Under the pieces are notes generated by a model. The model was not told the origin of the DNA, ran no database searches, and saw only the letters and a list, made by a program, of their open reading frames with translations. A stretch of 64,000 bases of DNA, taken from NCBI GenBank assembly GCA_963842525.1, contig CAWJGT010000003.1:1408001-1472000 (forward strand), read 5' to 3'. The stretch comes from an uncultured Holophagales bacterium (lineage in GTDB: Bacteria > Acidobacteriota > Thermoanaerobaculia > Multivoradales > UBA5704). The position numbers and the translations under genes are program-made. Positions 32,901-44,900 of this stretch are shown piece by piece; positions within the stretch are counted from its first letter, which is position 1, and the number at the start of each line of letters is the position of its first letter.

Positions 32901-35900
32901 GTCGGCCGCTCGAACAGGACGCGCAACGGCAACTCGATACCGAAGGCGCTGCGCAGACGCGAGATCGCCCGCGTCGCCAGTAGCGAATGCCCGCCCAGCT
33001 CGAAGAAATGGCCGTCCCTCCCCACCAGCTCGAGGCCGAGCACCTCGGCGCAGATGCCGGCGAGGACCTCCTCGACCGGCGTCCGCGGTGCCACGTAGCC
33101 CCCCTCACCGGCCTGCGGCCCGGGAGCTGGCAAGGCTCTCCGGTCCACCTTGCCGTTGGGCGTCAGCGGCAGCTCCGGAAGCACCACGAAGGCGGACGGC
33201 ACCATGTAGTCCGGCAGCTTGTCCCGCACGGACCGTCGCAACCCTTCGATTTCAGTGTCTCCGAGATCGCCGACCACATAGGCCACCAGGCGGCGGTCGC
33301 CCGACGTCCCTCCGGACCGGTCCTCGCGCACCGCCACCACCGCCTCATGGACCCCGGGTAGCGACAGCAGCAACGCCTCGATCTCGCCGGGCTCGATCCG
33401 GAAGCCGCGGATCTTCACCTGATCGTCGAAACGGCCGAGGAAGTCCAACTCACCGTTCGCCAGGAACCGCACCTTGTCGCCCGTTCGGTAGAGGCGGGCC
33501 CCCGGCTCCTGACCGCACGGGTGCGGCACGAAACGCTCGGCGGTGAGATCGGGCCGTCCCAGGTAGCCGCGCGCCAGGCATTCGCCGCCCAGGTAGAGAT
33601 CCCCGAACACGCCTGCCGGGGCCGGCATCAATCCATGTTCGGTGCCGGGCTCCAGGACGTAGGCCGTGCTGTTGCCGATCGGCCGGCCGATCGATGGATA
33701 GACTGTCCATTCCTCAGGATCTGAACTCAAGGTGAACGCGGTTGCCACGTGCGTCTCGGATGGACCGTAGTGGTTGTGGAAGGCACACCCCGGAAGGCGC
33801 CGCAGCAGCGAAGCCATCGCCCGGTTCGTCTGCAACCGCTCGCCGGTCGTGGTGATCTCGCGAAGCGGCGGCAGATCCTCGCGGCCGGCGTAAATCTCTG
33901 CGATCTGTTGCAGCACCACAACCGGCAGGATCGCCTTCTCGATCCGCTGATCGACAAGCAACCCGGCGAGCGCCACGAGATCGCGGCGCAGCTCTTCCGG
34001 CACCACCACCAGCGTGCCGCCGGAGCCCCAGCAGGCGAACATCTCGTGGAAGCTCGCGTCGAAGGAGAGCGAAGCGAATTGCAGCGTCCGTGCTCCGCCG
34101 AGGAGCGTCGCGAGATGCCAATCGATCAGATTTCTCAACGCCCCCTGGGAGAGCGAAATCCCCTTGGGCCGGCCGGTCGAGCCCGAGGTGTAGATCACAT
34201 ATCCCAGGTTCTCCGCCACCGGCTCGCTGCCATACGCAGCAACAGCGCCGCTTTCGTCGTCCCGGTCTTCCCCCTCTTGAGCATCGAGCAGGAGAACCTG
34301 AGCGTTCCCGGCCGGCAGCCGGTCGCGCAGCGGCTCCTGGGTGAGCAGCACCGGAGCGCGGGTGTCGTCGAGCATGAAGGCCAGGCGTTCCGCCGGATAC
34401 TGCGGATCGAGCGGCACGTAGACGCCGCCGGCCTGAAGGATGCCCAGCACGCCGGCGATCATGTCCATCGACCGTTCGACCATCAGGCCCACCAGCACGT
34501 CCGGGCCGACGCCGAGCCGGCGCAGACGCCGGACGAGACGGCTCGCCCGGGCGTCGAGACCGGCGTAGGTCAGCTCCTCGTTTCCAAAGACCACCGCGAC
34601 GGCCTCCGGAGTCCGCTGGAGCTGCGTCGCGAACAGCTCGTACACAGCGCGCGGCGCCGTGCCCGATGCGGTGTCGTTCCATTCGATGAGGATCTGTCCG
34701 CGCTCCGCCGGGCTCAACAGCGGCAGCACGGAGAAAGGCTCGTCCGGAGCGCCGGCCGCCGCCGCCAGCAGGCGCCCGAAATGTCCCGCCAGCCGGTCGA
34801 CGGTCGCGGCGTCGAACAGATCGGTGGCGTATTCGATCTCTCCGGCCAGCGCGCCGTCGTCCCCGGCGAGGGTGAGCGTGAGATCGAATTTCGCCGTCGT
34901 CCCCTTCACTTCCACCGGCAGCAGGCGCAGGCCGCGGATCTCCAGTCTCTCCGCAGGAGCGTTCTGCAAGACGAGCATCACCTGGAACAGAGGCGTGTGG
35001 GTGAGGCTTCTCTCCGGGGCGATCTCCTCCACCAGCTTTTCGAACGGCACATCCTGGTGCACATAGGCCGCCAGCGCCGTCTCGCGCGCCCGGTCGATCA
35101 GCTCGCGGAACGTGGGTGAACCTGTCAGGTTTCCCCGCAGGACCAGAGTGTTGACGAAGAACCCGATCAGACCTTCGATCTCGATGCGGTTGCGCCCGGC
35201 TATGGGAGAGCCCACCGCGAGATCGGTCTGCCGGCTGGTGCGCGCGAGCAGAGCCTGAAAACCGGCGAGGAGAACCATGAAGAGCGTCGCCCCCTCGGAC
35301 CTGGCGAGAGCCTCCATCTGCCGGGCGAGCCCGGCGGGCAGCCGCACCGGCCGGACGGTGCCGCGGTAACTCTGCACGGCGGGGCGCGGCCGGTCCGTGG
35401 GCAGCTCCAGGAGCGGCGGCAGCCCGGCGAGCCGGCGCCGCCAGAAGTCGATCTCTTCCTCCAAAACCTCGCCCCGCAGCCAGGAGGTTTGCCACACCGC
35501 GAAATCCGCGTACTGCACCGGCAGCTCGGGCAGGGGCGACGGCCTGCTCTCGGCAAAGGCGGCGTAAAGAGCCGCCACCTCGCGGATCAGGACCCCCATG
35601 GACCAGCCGTCGCTGACGATGTGGTGCAGGGTCACCGCGAAGGCGTGATCCCTCTCCGCGAGACGCAGCAGCAGGCCGCGCAGCAGTGGGCCGCGGGTGA
35701 GATCGAACGGGCGGGACACCTCCTTACCGACAAGGACCGGGAGCAGTGCTTCTCTCGCCGTCTCCGGCAGCCCCGACAGGTCGACCACCGGCAGCGCGAA
35801 CGGCGCCGCCGGCCAGATCACCTGCGCCGGCGAGCCCTTCTCCCCCTCCAACACCGCGAAGACCGTGCGCAGCGCCTCGTGACGGCGTACGATCTCGCCG

Positions 35901-38900
35901 ATGCAGAGGGCCAGCACCACAGGAGAGAGCGGCCCTTCGATGCGCAGCGCCACGGGGACGTTGTAGAGCGGGCTCTCCGGCTCGAGCTGATCGATGAACC
36001 AGAGGCGCTGCTGGGCGAAGGAGAGGGGCAAGGGACCCTTGCGCTGGTCCGGAGCGATCGGCTTGAGGGGCGGAGTGAGCCGGCCCGCACCGGCCGTCCG
36101 CAACGCGGCCTCGATCCTGGCCGCGAGCTCCGCTAGGGTCAGGGCCTCGAAGAGAGTGCGCAGCGACAGCTCGACCCCGAATGTGCTCCGCAGGCGCGAC
36201 ATCATCTGCGTCGCCAGCAGCGAATGCCCGCCCAGGTCGAAGAAGTGATCGGTAGACCCCACCCGTTCGACCCCGAGCACCTCGGACCAGATGCCGGCGA
36301 GAAGCTCTTCGACCGGCGTCCGCGGCGCTGCATAGCTCTCCTCGGAACGCAGCAGCTCGGGCGCCGGCAAAGCCTTCCGGTCCACTTTGCCGTTGGGCGT
36401 CAGCGGCAGCGCGGCGAGAGCCACGAAGGTACCGGGCACCATGTAGTCCGGCAGCCGCTCCTGCAACGACCGGCGCAGCGCGTCGGCCGCGATGGCGCCG
36501 GGCGCGCCGGCCACATAGGCCACCAGGCGCCGGTCGCCGGGCTCGCTTTGGGATCGACCCTCGCGCACCACGACCGCCGCCTCGCGCACGCCGGGCAACG
36601 ACGCCAGCACCGCCTCGATCTCGCCCGGCTCGATGCGGAAGCCGCGGATCTTCACTTGGCCGTCCAGCCGGCCGAGGTACTCCAGCAGGCCGTCGGGCCG
36701 CCGCCGCACCAAGTCTCCCGTGCGGTAGAGCCGCCCCCCGGATCGGCTCCGGACGCGGGGCCGAAGGGGTCCGGCACGAACCGTTCGGCGGTCAGCTCCG
36801 GCCGGGTGTGATAGCCGTGCGCCAGACCGTCCCCTCCCAGGTAGAGCTCGCCGCGCACACCCACCGGCTGCTGGAGGAGTTCCGCGGAGAGGACGTACGC
36901 GGTCCCGTTGGCGAGCGGCTGCCCGATGGGGACGGTCTCGCCCGGCGGCACCGAGCCAACCCGGTGCCACGTGGCGAAGGTCGTCGCCTCGGTCGGGCCG
37001 TAGAGATGAAGGAGATGGGCAGGCGGGCCGTCCCGCAACACGTCGCGGACCGCCGCCGGATCGACCATCTCGCCACCGAAGAGCACATAGCGCAGCTCTG
37101 CGAGCCCGGCGGGCATCTCGCGGGCGAGCTGGTTGAACACGGCGGTGGTCAGGAACAGCACGCCAATACCTTCACGGTGCAGCACGGCGGTCAGGCTGCC
37201 AGGCGCGAGAAGCGCCGCGCGCTCGATGCCGACCAGCCGGCTGCCGTTGAGCAACGCACCCCAAATCTCGAACGTGGCGGCGTCGAAGGAGCTGTTGGAC
37301 CCCTGCGCCACGTGGTCGTCCGGGCCGAGCTCGATGTAGTCGGTACCGCGCACCAGGCGTACGACGGCGCGGTGCGGCACCACCACCCCCTTCGGCCGGC
37401 CGGTCGAGCCCGAGGTGTAGATGACGCAGGCGGGATCTCCGGGCGAGGAGAAGCTCGCGGGCCGCGGCCCGGCGGCAGCGGGCTCCGCCTCCCCCGGCTC
37501 GCCAGCCGCCGCGCCGCGCAGCAGCTCGACGCGCAGGCCTGCGCGGGCCGGGAGATGTCCGGCCAGATGCTCCTCTGCGACCAGCACGGCGGCGCCAGCG
37601 TCCTCCAGCATGAAGACGAGCCGTTCGTGCGGATAGGCGAGGTCGAGCGGCATGTAGGCCCCGCCCGCCTCCAGGATGCCGAGCATTCCCACCACCATCT
37701 CCGGCAGGCTTTCGGCGCAGAGGCCCACCACGGAGCCGGGACCGACGCCCGAGCCGCGCAGCCGGTGCGCCAGCCGGCGCGCTTCGCGGCCGATGTGCCG
37801 ACGGGTGAGCTCCCGGCCGCCGGAGGCCACAGCCACGGCGTCCGCAGAGCGCTCGGCCAGCTCGGCGAACAGCTCGTGGATGCAGGCCGTCGGATAGTCC
37901 CGCGCCGTGGCGTTCCAGCTCGCCAGCTGAAGGGTCTCCGCGGCGGAGAGCAGGTGGACCTCCGCGACGCGGCGGTCCACCTGCTCGATCAGGCCCGTGA
38001 GCAGCCGCTCGAAGCACGCCACCATTCGATCGACGGTCGTGCCGTCGAACAGATCGGTGGCGTATTCGACCGCTCCGGCCAGCTCGCCGTCGTGCTCGGC
38101 GAAGCTGAACGAGAGATCGAATTTCGCCGTCGTCCCGGCCTCCCCCACCGGCCGCAGTCGCAGATCGTGCACCGGCAGGCTCTCGACAGGAAGGTTCTGC
38201 AGCACGAGCATCACCTGGAACAGGGGTGTCTGCGCGAGGCTCCTCTCCGGGGCGAGCTCTTCGACCAGCCTCTCGAACGGTAGATCCTGGTGCATGTAGG
38301 CCGCGAGCGCCGTCTCGCGCACCCGGCCGAGGAGCTCGCGGAACGAGGGCTGTCCCGTCAGATCGCCGCGCATCACCAGGGTGTTGACGAAGAACCCGAT
38401 CAGCCCCTCGATCTCCACCCGGTTGCGCCCCGCAACCGGCGAGCCCACCGCGAGGTCGTCCTGGCCGCTGAGGCGCGCCAGCAGTGCCTGGAAGCCGGCG
38501 AGGAGCACCATGAACAGCGTCGCTCCGGTGCGCCGGGAGAGATCCTCCATCTGACGGGTGAGCCCGGCGGGCAGCCGCACAGGCCGCGAAGCGCCACGGA
38601 AGCTCTGGACCGCGGGCCGCGGGCGATCGAGGGGCAGCTCCAGGAGCGGCGCCAGGCCCGCGAGCTGACCCCGCCAGAAGGCGATCTCCCCCTCCAGGAT
38701 CTCGCCGCGCAGCCAGGAACGTTGCCACACCGCGAAATCCGCATACTGCACGGGCAGCTCCGGTAGCGGCGAGGGCCTGCCCGCGGTGTCCTCAGCCAGC
38801 GCCGCATAGAGAGCCGCGACCTCGCGCACCAGAATGCCCATCGACCAGCCGTCGCTCACGATGTGGTGCATGGTCAGCGCCAGGACGTGATCCGCCGTTT

Positions 38901-41900
38901 CCCCTGGAGCGGCCAGTTGCAGCAAGACTCCGCGCAGCAGGGGGCCGCGCGAGAGAGCGAAGGGACGGGAGGCCTCTTCGCCGGCCAGAGCGAGGGCCAG
39001 CGATTCGCGCTCTGTCTCGGGCGCCGCCGACAGGTCGACCAGGGGCAGCGCGAACGGTGCCGCCGGTTGGATTACCTGCACCGGCGAGCCCTCCCGCACG
39101 GCGAAAACCGTGCGCAACGCCTCGTGACGGCGCACGCACTCCGCGAGGCAGAGCGCCAGCGCCGCGTGGTCCAGCGGCCCTTCGATGCGCAGCACGACCG
39201 GCATGTTGTAGAGCGGGCTGTCCGGCTCGAGCTGATCGATGAGCCACAGGCGCTGCTGCGCGAACGACAGCGGCAGAGGACCCGCGCGGAGAGTTGGAGC
39301 CAGAGGCGCGAGCGGCGGAGCAAGCTGGCCCGTGCCGGCCCGCCATGTCCCCAGCGCGGCCTCGACCCGGGCCGCGAAATCCGCCAGCACCGGAGCCTCG
39401 AAGAGGGTGCGCAGCGGCATCTCGACCCCGAAGGCGCCGCGCAGGCGCGACGTCACCCGGGTCGCCAGGAGCGAGTGGCCCCCCAGCGCGAAGAAATGGC
39501 CGTCCGCCCCGATCTGTTCCAGGCCGAGCACCTCAGCCCAGATGCCGGCGAGGACTTCTTCGACCGGCGTCTTCGGCACCACAGAGCTCTCCTCGGCGCT
39601 CTGCTGCTCAGGAGCCGGTAAAGCCTTGCGGTCCACCTTGCCGTTGGGCGTCAAGGGCAGCGCCGCGAGCGGCACGAACGTGGCAGGCACCATGTAATCC
39701 GGCAGCCGTTCCTCCAATGACCGGCGCAGCGCGTCCGCCGCAACGTCTCCCACCACATAGGCCACCAGCCCCCGACCGCCGGATCGATCCTCACGCGCTG
39801 TTACGACCGCCTCGCGCACTCCTTCCAGCGCCGACAGCAAAGCCTCGATCTCCCCCAGCTCGATGCGGAAGCCGCGGACCTTGACCTGATGATCCAGGCG
39901 GCCGAGGAAATCGAGCGAGCCGTCGGGCCGCCAGCGGACACGATCGCCCGTACGGTAGAGCCGCGCGCCGGCCTCTCCCGCCCCTGCCCGGAATGGATCC
40001 GGGATGAACCGCTCGGCCGTCAGGTCCGGGCGGTGCAGGTAACCCCGAGCCAGCCCTGAGCCACCGAGATAAAGCTCTCCCGCGACGCCTACCGGCTGCG
40101 GCTCCATGTCCGCGCCAGGTGCCAACACATAGGCCTTCGTGGCCGCGACCGGACGGCCGATCCCTGGAGCTTCTCCGCTCTCCCTCTCCACCGGCAGCGC
40201 CGTCGAATAGGTCGTATCCTCCGAAGGGCCGTAGAGGTTCCACACCCGCTCCACCGTTCCTGTCGCATACAGCCGGTCCGCCAAAGAGCGCGGCAACGGC
40301 TCTCCGGCCAGGTTCACCGTCCGGATGGAAGCTCCCAGGCTTCCCGCACGCACCAGCTCGGCCATCGCCGAGGGGACCGTATTGACCAGCGTCACCCGCC
40401 CGCGGGCGGGGAGAGACGGCAGCTCCAGGGCATTCTGCGCCAGGATCACCGTGCCACCCTGGGAGAGCGGCACGAACAGCTCGAAAACCGACAGGTCGAA
40501 GGAGAGCGCCGTAGCGGCGAGCACGCCGGCCAGCTCCTCGCACGAGAACACGCCGCCGGCCCAGCGCACCAGCTCGACGGCGCTGCGGTGGGTGACGGCG
40601 ACGCCCTTCGGCGTCCCCGTCGAGCCCGAGGTGTAGAGCACGTACGCCAGGTTCTCCGGAGTCGAGCGGCCGGCCGGCCGGCCGGAGCCGGCGGTGTCCA
40701 TGAGATCGTCATCCATCAGGACCAGCGGCCCGCTCCACGGCAACCCGGCCGTCAGGCCCGCGGTGCTGAGGACGATCGAGACCCGGGCTCCCGCCAGCAT
40801 CGCGTCGAGGCGCCGGCGCGGTTGCCGGGGATCGAGCGGCAGATAAGCGGCTCCGGTCTTGAGGATGGCGAGGAGAGCTGTCACCAGGCCCGCCGAACGC
40901 TCCAACCAGACACCGACGATCACCTCCGGTCCGGCACCGTAGTCACGCAGTCGAGACGCCAGCCGCTCGGCCGCCTGATCGAGATCGCGGTAGAGGACCT
41001 CCTGCGTGCCATCGATGAGCGCCACGGCCTCCGGGGTCCGACGCGCTTGCGCCTCGAACAGCTCGTGCAGGCATGCAGCTTCCTGCACAGGCGAAACCGC
41101 CGTGTCGCTCCACTCCACGAGGAGCTGCTGGCGCTCGCCCGCGCCGAGCAGCGGCAGCGCCGCAACCGGCAGGTCCGGCGTTGCCAGAGCCGCATCGAGC
41201 AGGCGCTCAAAATACCCGGCCAGGCGGTCGGTCGTCGCGGCGTCGAACAGATCGGTGGCGTATTCGACCTCTCCGACCAGCCCGCCGCTGTGCTCCGTGA
41301 GGCCGAGCAGAAGATCGAACTTCGCCGTCGTCGACACCCCTTCGATCAGCCACAGGCGCAGGCCCTGGATCTCCAGGGTCTCGAGAGGAACGTTCTGCAA
41401 CACGAACATCACCTGGAACAAGGGGGCGTGCGCAAGGCTCCTCTCGGGCGACAGCTCCTGGACCAGCTTTTCGAACGGCACGTCCTGGTGCAGGTCAGCG
41501 GCCAGCGCGGTCTCGCGCACCCGGCCAAGCAGCTCGCGGAACGAGGGCTCACCAGATAAATCTCCGCGCAGCACCAGGGTGTTGACGAAGAACCCGATCA
41601 GCTCCTCGGTCTCCACCCGGTTGCGCCCCGCGATGGGCGAGCCCACCGCGAGGTCGTCCTGGCCGCTGATGCGGGCCAACAGAGCCTGGAAGGCAGCGAG
41701 CAGCACCATGAAAAGCGTCGCTCCCTCACGCCGGGCGAGGGCTTCGACCTGCCGAGTGAGAGCAGCGGGCAGGTGCACCGGCCGCGTGGCTCCGCGGTAG
41801 CTCTGGGCCGCCGGTCGCGGCCGGTCGGTGGGGAGCTCCAGGAGAGGCGGCAGGCCCGCGAGTTGCCGGCGCCAGAAGGAGATTTCGCTCTCCAGGAGCT

Positions 41901-44900
41901 CGCCGTGCAGCCAGGAGTGCTGCCAGACCGCGAAATCCGCGTATTGCACCGGCAGCTCCGGCAACGGCGGCCGGCCCGCGTTGTCCTCAGTGTCCTCAAC
42001 GAGCGCCGAGTAGAGAGCCACGACCTCGCGGACCAGGATTCCCATCGACCAGCCGTCGCTCGCGATGTGGTGCATGGTCAACGCGGCGACATGGGCGGTC
42101 GCTTCCCCGTTCTCTCCGGAATCGACGTTCAGCCGCAGCAACACGCCGCGCAGCAGTGGGCCGCGAGCGAGATCGAACGGCCGGCCGGCCTCTTCGCCCG
42201 CCAGACGCAGAGCGACCGCCTCGCGCCGGCTCTCCGGCAGGCCCGACAGGTCCACCAGAGGCAAAACGAAAGGAGACGCGGGCCGGATCACCTGCACGGG
42301 CTCGCCATCCAATTCCTCAAACACCCCAAAGATCGTGCGCAAGGCCTCGTGGCGGCGCACGACCTCGCCGAGGCAGAGGGCCAGCACCCCGGCGTCGAGC
42401 GGCCCCTCCACGCCGAGCGCCACCGGGATGTTGTAGAGCGGGCTTCCCGGTTCGAGCTGATCGATGAACCAGAGGCGTTGCTGGGCGAACGACAGGGGCA
42501 GAGGCCCTTCCCGGGGGACCGGGGTGATCGGGGCGAGGCGCGGAGCCGGCGCATCCACGCCAGAGAGCAATGCCCTCTGCGCGGTCTCGATCCGGGCGGC
42601 GAGATCCGCCAGCACCGGCGCCTCGAAGAGGGCGCGCAGCGGCATCTCGATGCCGAATGTGCTGCGCAGACGCGACAACACCTGGGTGGCGAGCAGCGAG
42701 TGGCCGCCGATGGCGAAGAAGTCGTCAATAGCGCCGACCGTCTCGATCTGCAACACCTTGCTCCAGATCGCGGCCAGCGTCTCTTCGACGGCGGTGCGCG
42801 GCGGCTGGCGGCGGGAACCAGCCGGCGTCCCGGAAGCAGAGCGGCTCCAATCGGGAACCGGCAGGGCGCGGCGGTCGACCTTGCCGTTGGGGGTCAACGG
42901 CAGCGCGGCGAGCGGCATAAAGACGGCCGGCACCATGTAGTCGGGGAGCCGCTGCTTGAGGAACGCGCGCAGCTCCGTCTCATCGCACTGGAAATCCGAT
43001 GACGCGGACGCTACGACGTAGGCGACAAGATGCCTGGAGGCGGAACCCGCTTCGCTGGCGAGCGCCAGCACCACGGCCTGGCTCACCCGCGGATGCGCGC
43101 CGAGCGCCGCCTCGATCTCGCCGGGCTCGATGCGGAAGCCGCGCACCTTGATCTGGCTGTCGGCGCGGCCGAGAAACTCGACGCTCCCGTCGGGCAGCCA
43201 GCGCGCCAGGTCGCCGGCACGGTAGAGGCGCGCGCCGGGAACGGTGGCGAAGGGGTGCGGCGTGAATTTCTCCGCCGTCAGCTCCGGCCGGCCGAGATAG
43301 CCGCGCGCCACACCGGCGCCGCCGATGCACAGCTCGCCGGGCATGCGCGGCGGCAGCAGGTCGATCCCGCCCAGCACCCAGGCCTCGTTGCCGGCGAGCG
43401 GCCGGCCGATGGGCACCACCGCCGCGGCCGTAGGGACCGGCAGGCAGGGTGTACCGTCGCCCGCGGCGAGCGGCAGGAAGGTGGTGTCGATCGTCGCCTC
43501 GGTGACGCCATAGGAGTCGATCAGCCGGGTGCGCGGGCCGCACAGGCGGGCCAGCGCCGCCACCTCGCCGGCATACCAGGCGTCGGAGCTGACCACCAGC
43601 AGACGCATGAAATCCAGGCTGGTGTCTGCGGGCTTCGCGCTCTCCAGATACTCGACCAGGGCCCGGACGACCGCCGGCACGAATTCGGCGCCGTCGACGC
43701 GCTCGGCGCGCAGCAGGCCATACAGGCGCTCCGGATCGAGCAGCACCTCGCGCGGGCAGAGCACCAGGCGGGCGCCGGAGCCCAGGGCGCGGATGAAATC
43801 GCCGGTGAAGACGTCGAAGGAGAAGCTCGCCATCTGGAGATGACCGGTGACATCGCCCAGACGGTAGGCCTGCTCGTAGGCGTAGTAGGCGGTGAGCAGA
43901 CTGCGGTGCTCGATCATCGTCCCCTTGGGCCGGCCGGTCGAGCCCGAGGTGTAGATCACGTACGCGAGGTTTTCAGGATCGAGCCCGGTCTCCTCCGGCG
44001 GGAGATCGGCGTCGCTCTCGGCGGCGAGGGCGGCCATCAGCGCCGGATCGTCCAGGCGGAGCTCGGTGCTGCCGCTCCCAAGATCCCCAAGACCATCCGG
44101 AACCTCGCCGCGCGTCACCAGCATCCGCGCCTGCGCGTCCACCGCCATGAAGGCCAGCCGTTCGCCGCTATAGGTGGCGTCGAGCGGCACGTAGCAGCCG
44201 CCCGCCTTGAGGACGGCGAGGGCAGAGATCACGAGGTCGGCCGAGCGCGGCAGCCAGAGGGCGACCCGCACCTCGGGGCCGGCACCGTGCCGCCGCAGCA
44301 AGCGGGCGAGCCGGTTGGCGCGGGCGTTGAGCTCGCCGTAAGTCAACCGTTCCGGGTTCTCCAGGTCCGGCCAGACCACCGCCTCCGCCGCCGGCCGCAG
44401 CGCCGCGTGGCGCTCGACAAGCTGATGGACGAAGCGAGCTCCCGCCACGCTCTCCGCCGCCGGGCGTGGGAGGCCGCGGCTCCACTCGCCGCCGATCTGC
44501 CAGGTCTCGGCGGCGGAGAGGAGCGGCAGCTCGTCGACCGGCGGCGCCTCCTCCCAGGTCGCCAGGGCCGCGGCGAGCAGACGCTCGAAGGCGTGGCCGA
44601 AGCGGGCCATGGTGGCGGCGTCGAATAGATCACGGTTGTAGTCCAGCACGCCGGTGTAGGGATCGCCGGCCGGATCGCTCAGGTAGAGGGTGAGGTCCAC
44701 GTCGGCGCGGTCGATGGGGGCTGCAGGCAGCTCGAGACGGAGCCCGTGGGGGGCCATCAGACCGGCTGCAGGCTGCTGCACGGCGACCACCTGGAACACC
44801 GGCGGCAGGCTGAGGTCGCGCGGCAGCTTCAGATCCTCGACCAGTTTCTCGAACGGCAGATCCTGGTAGGCGTAGGCGCCGAGTGCCACCTCCCGCACCT

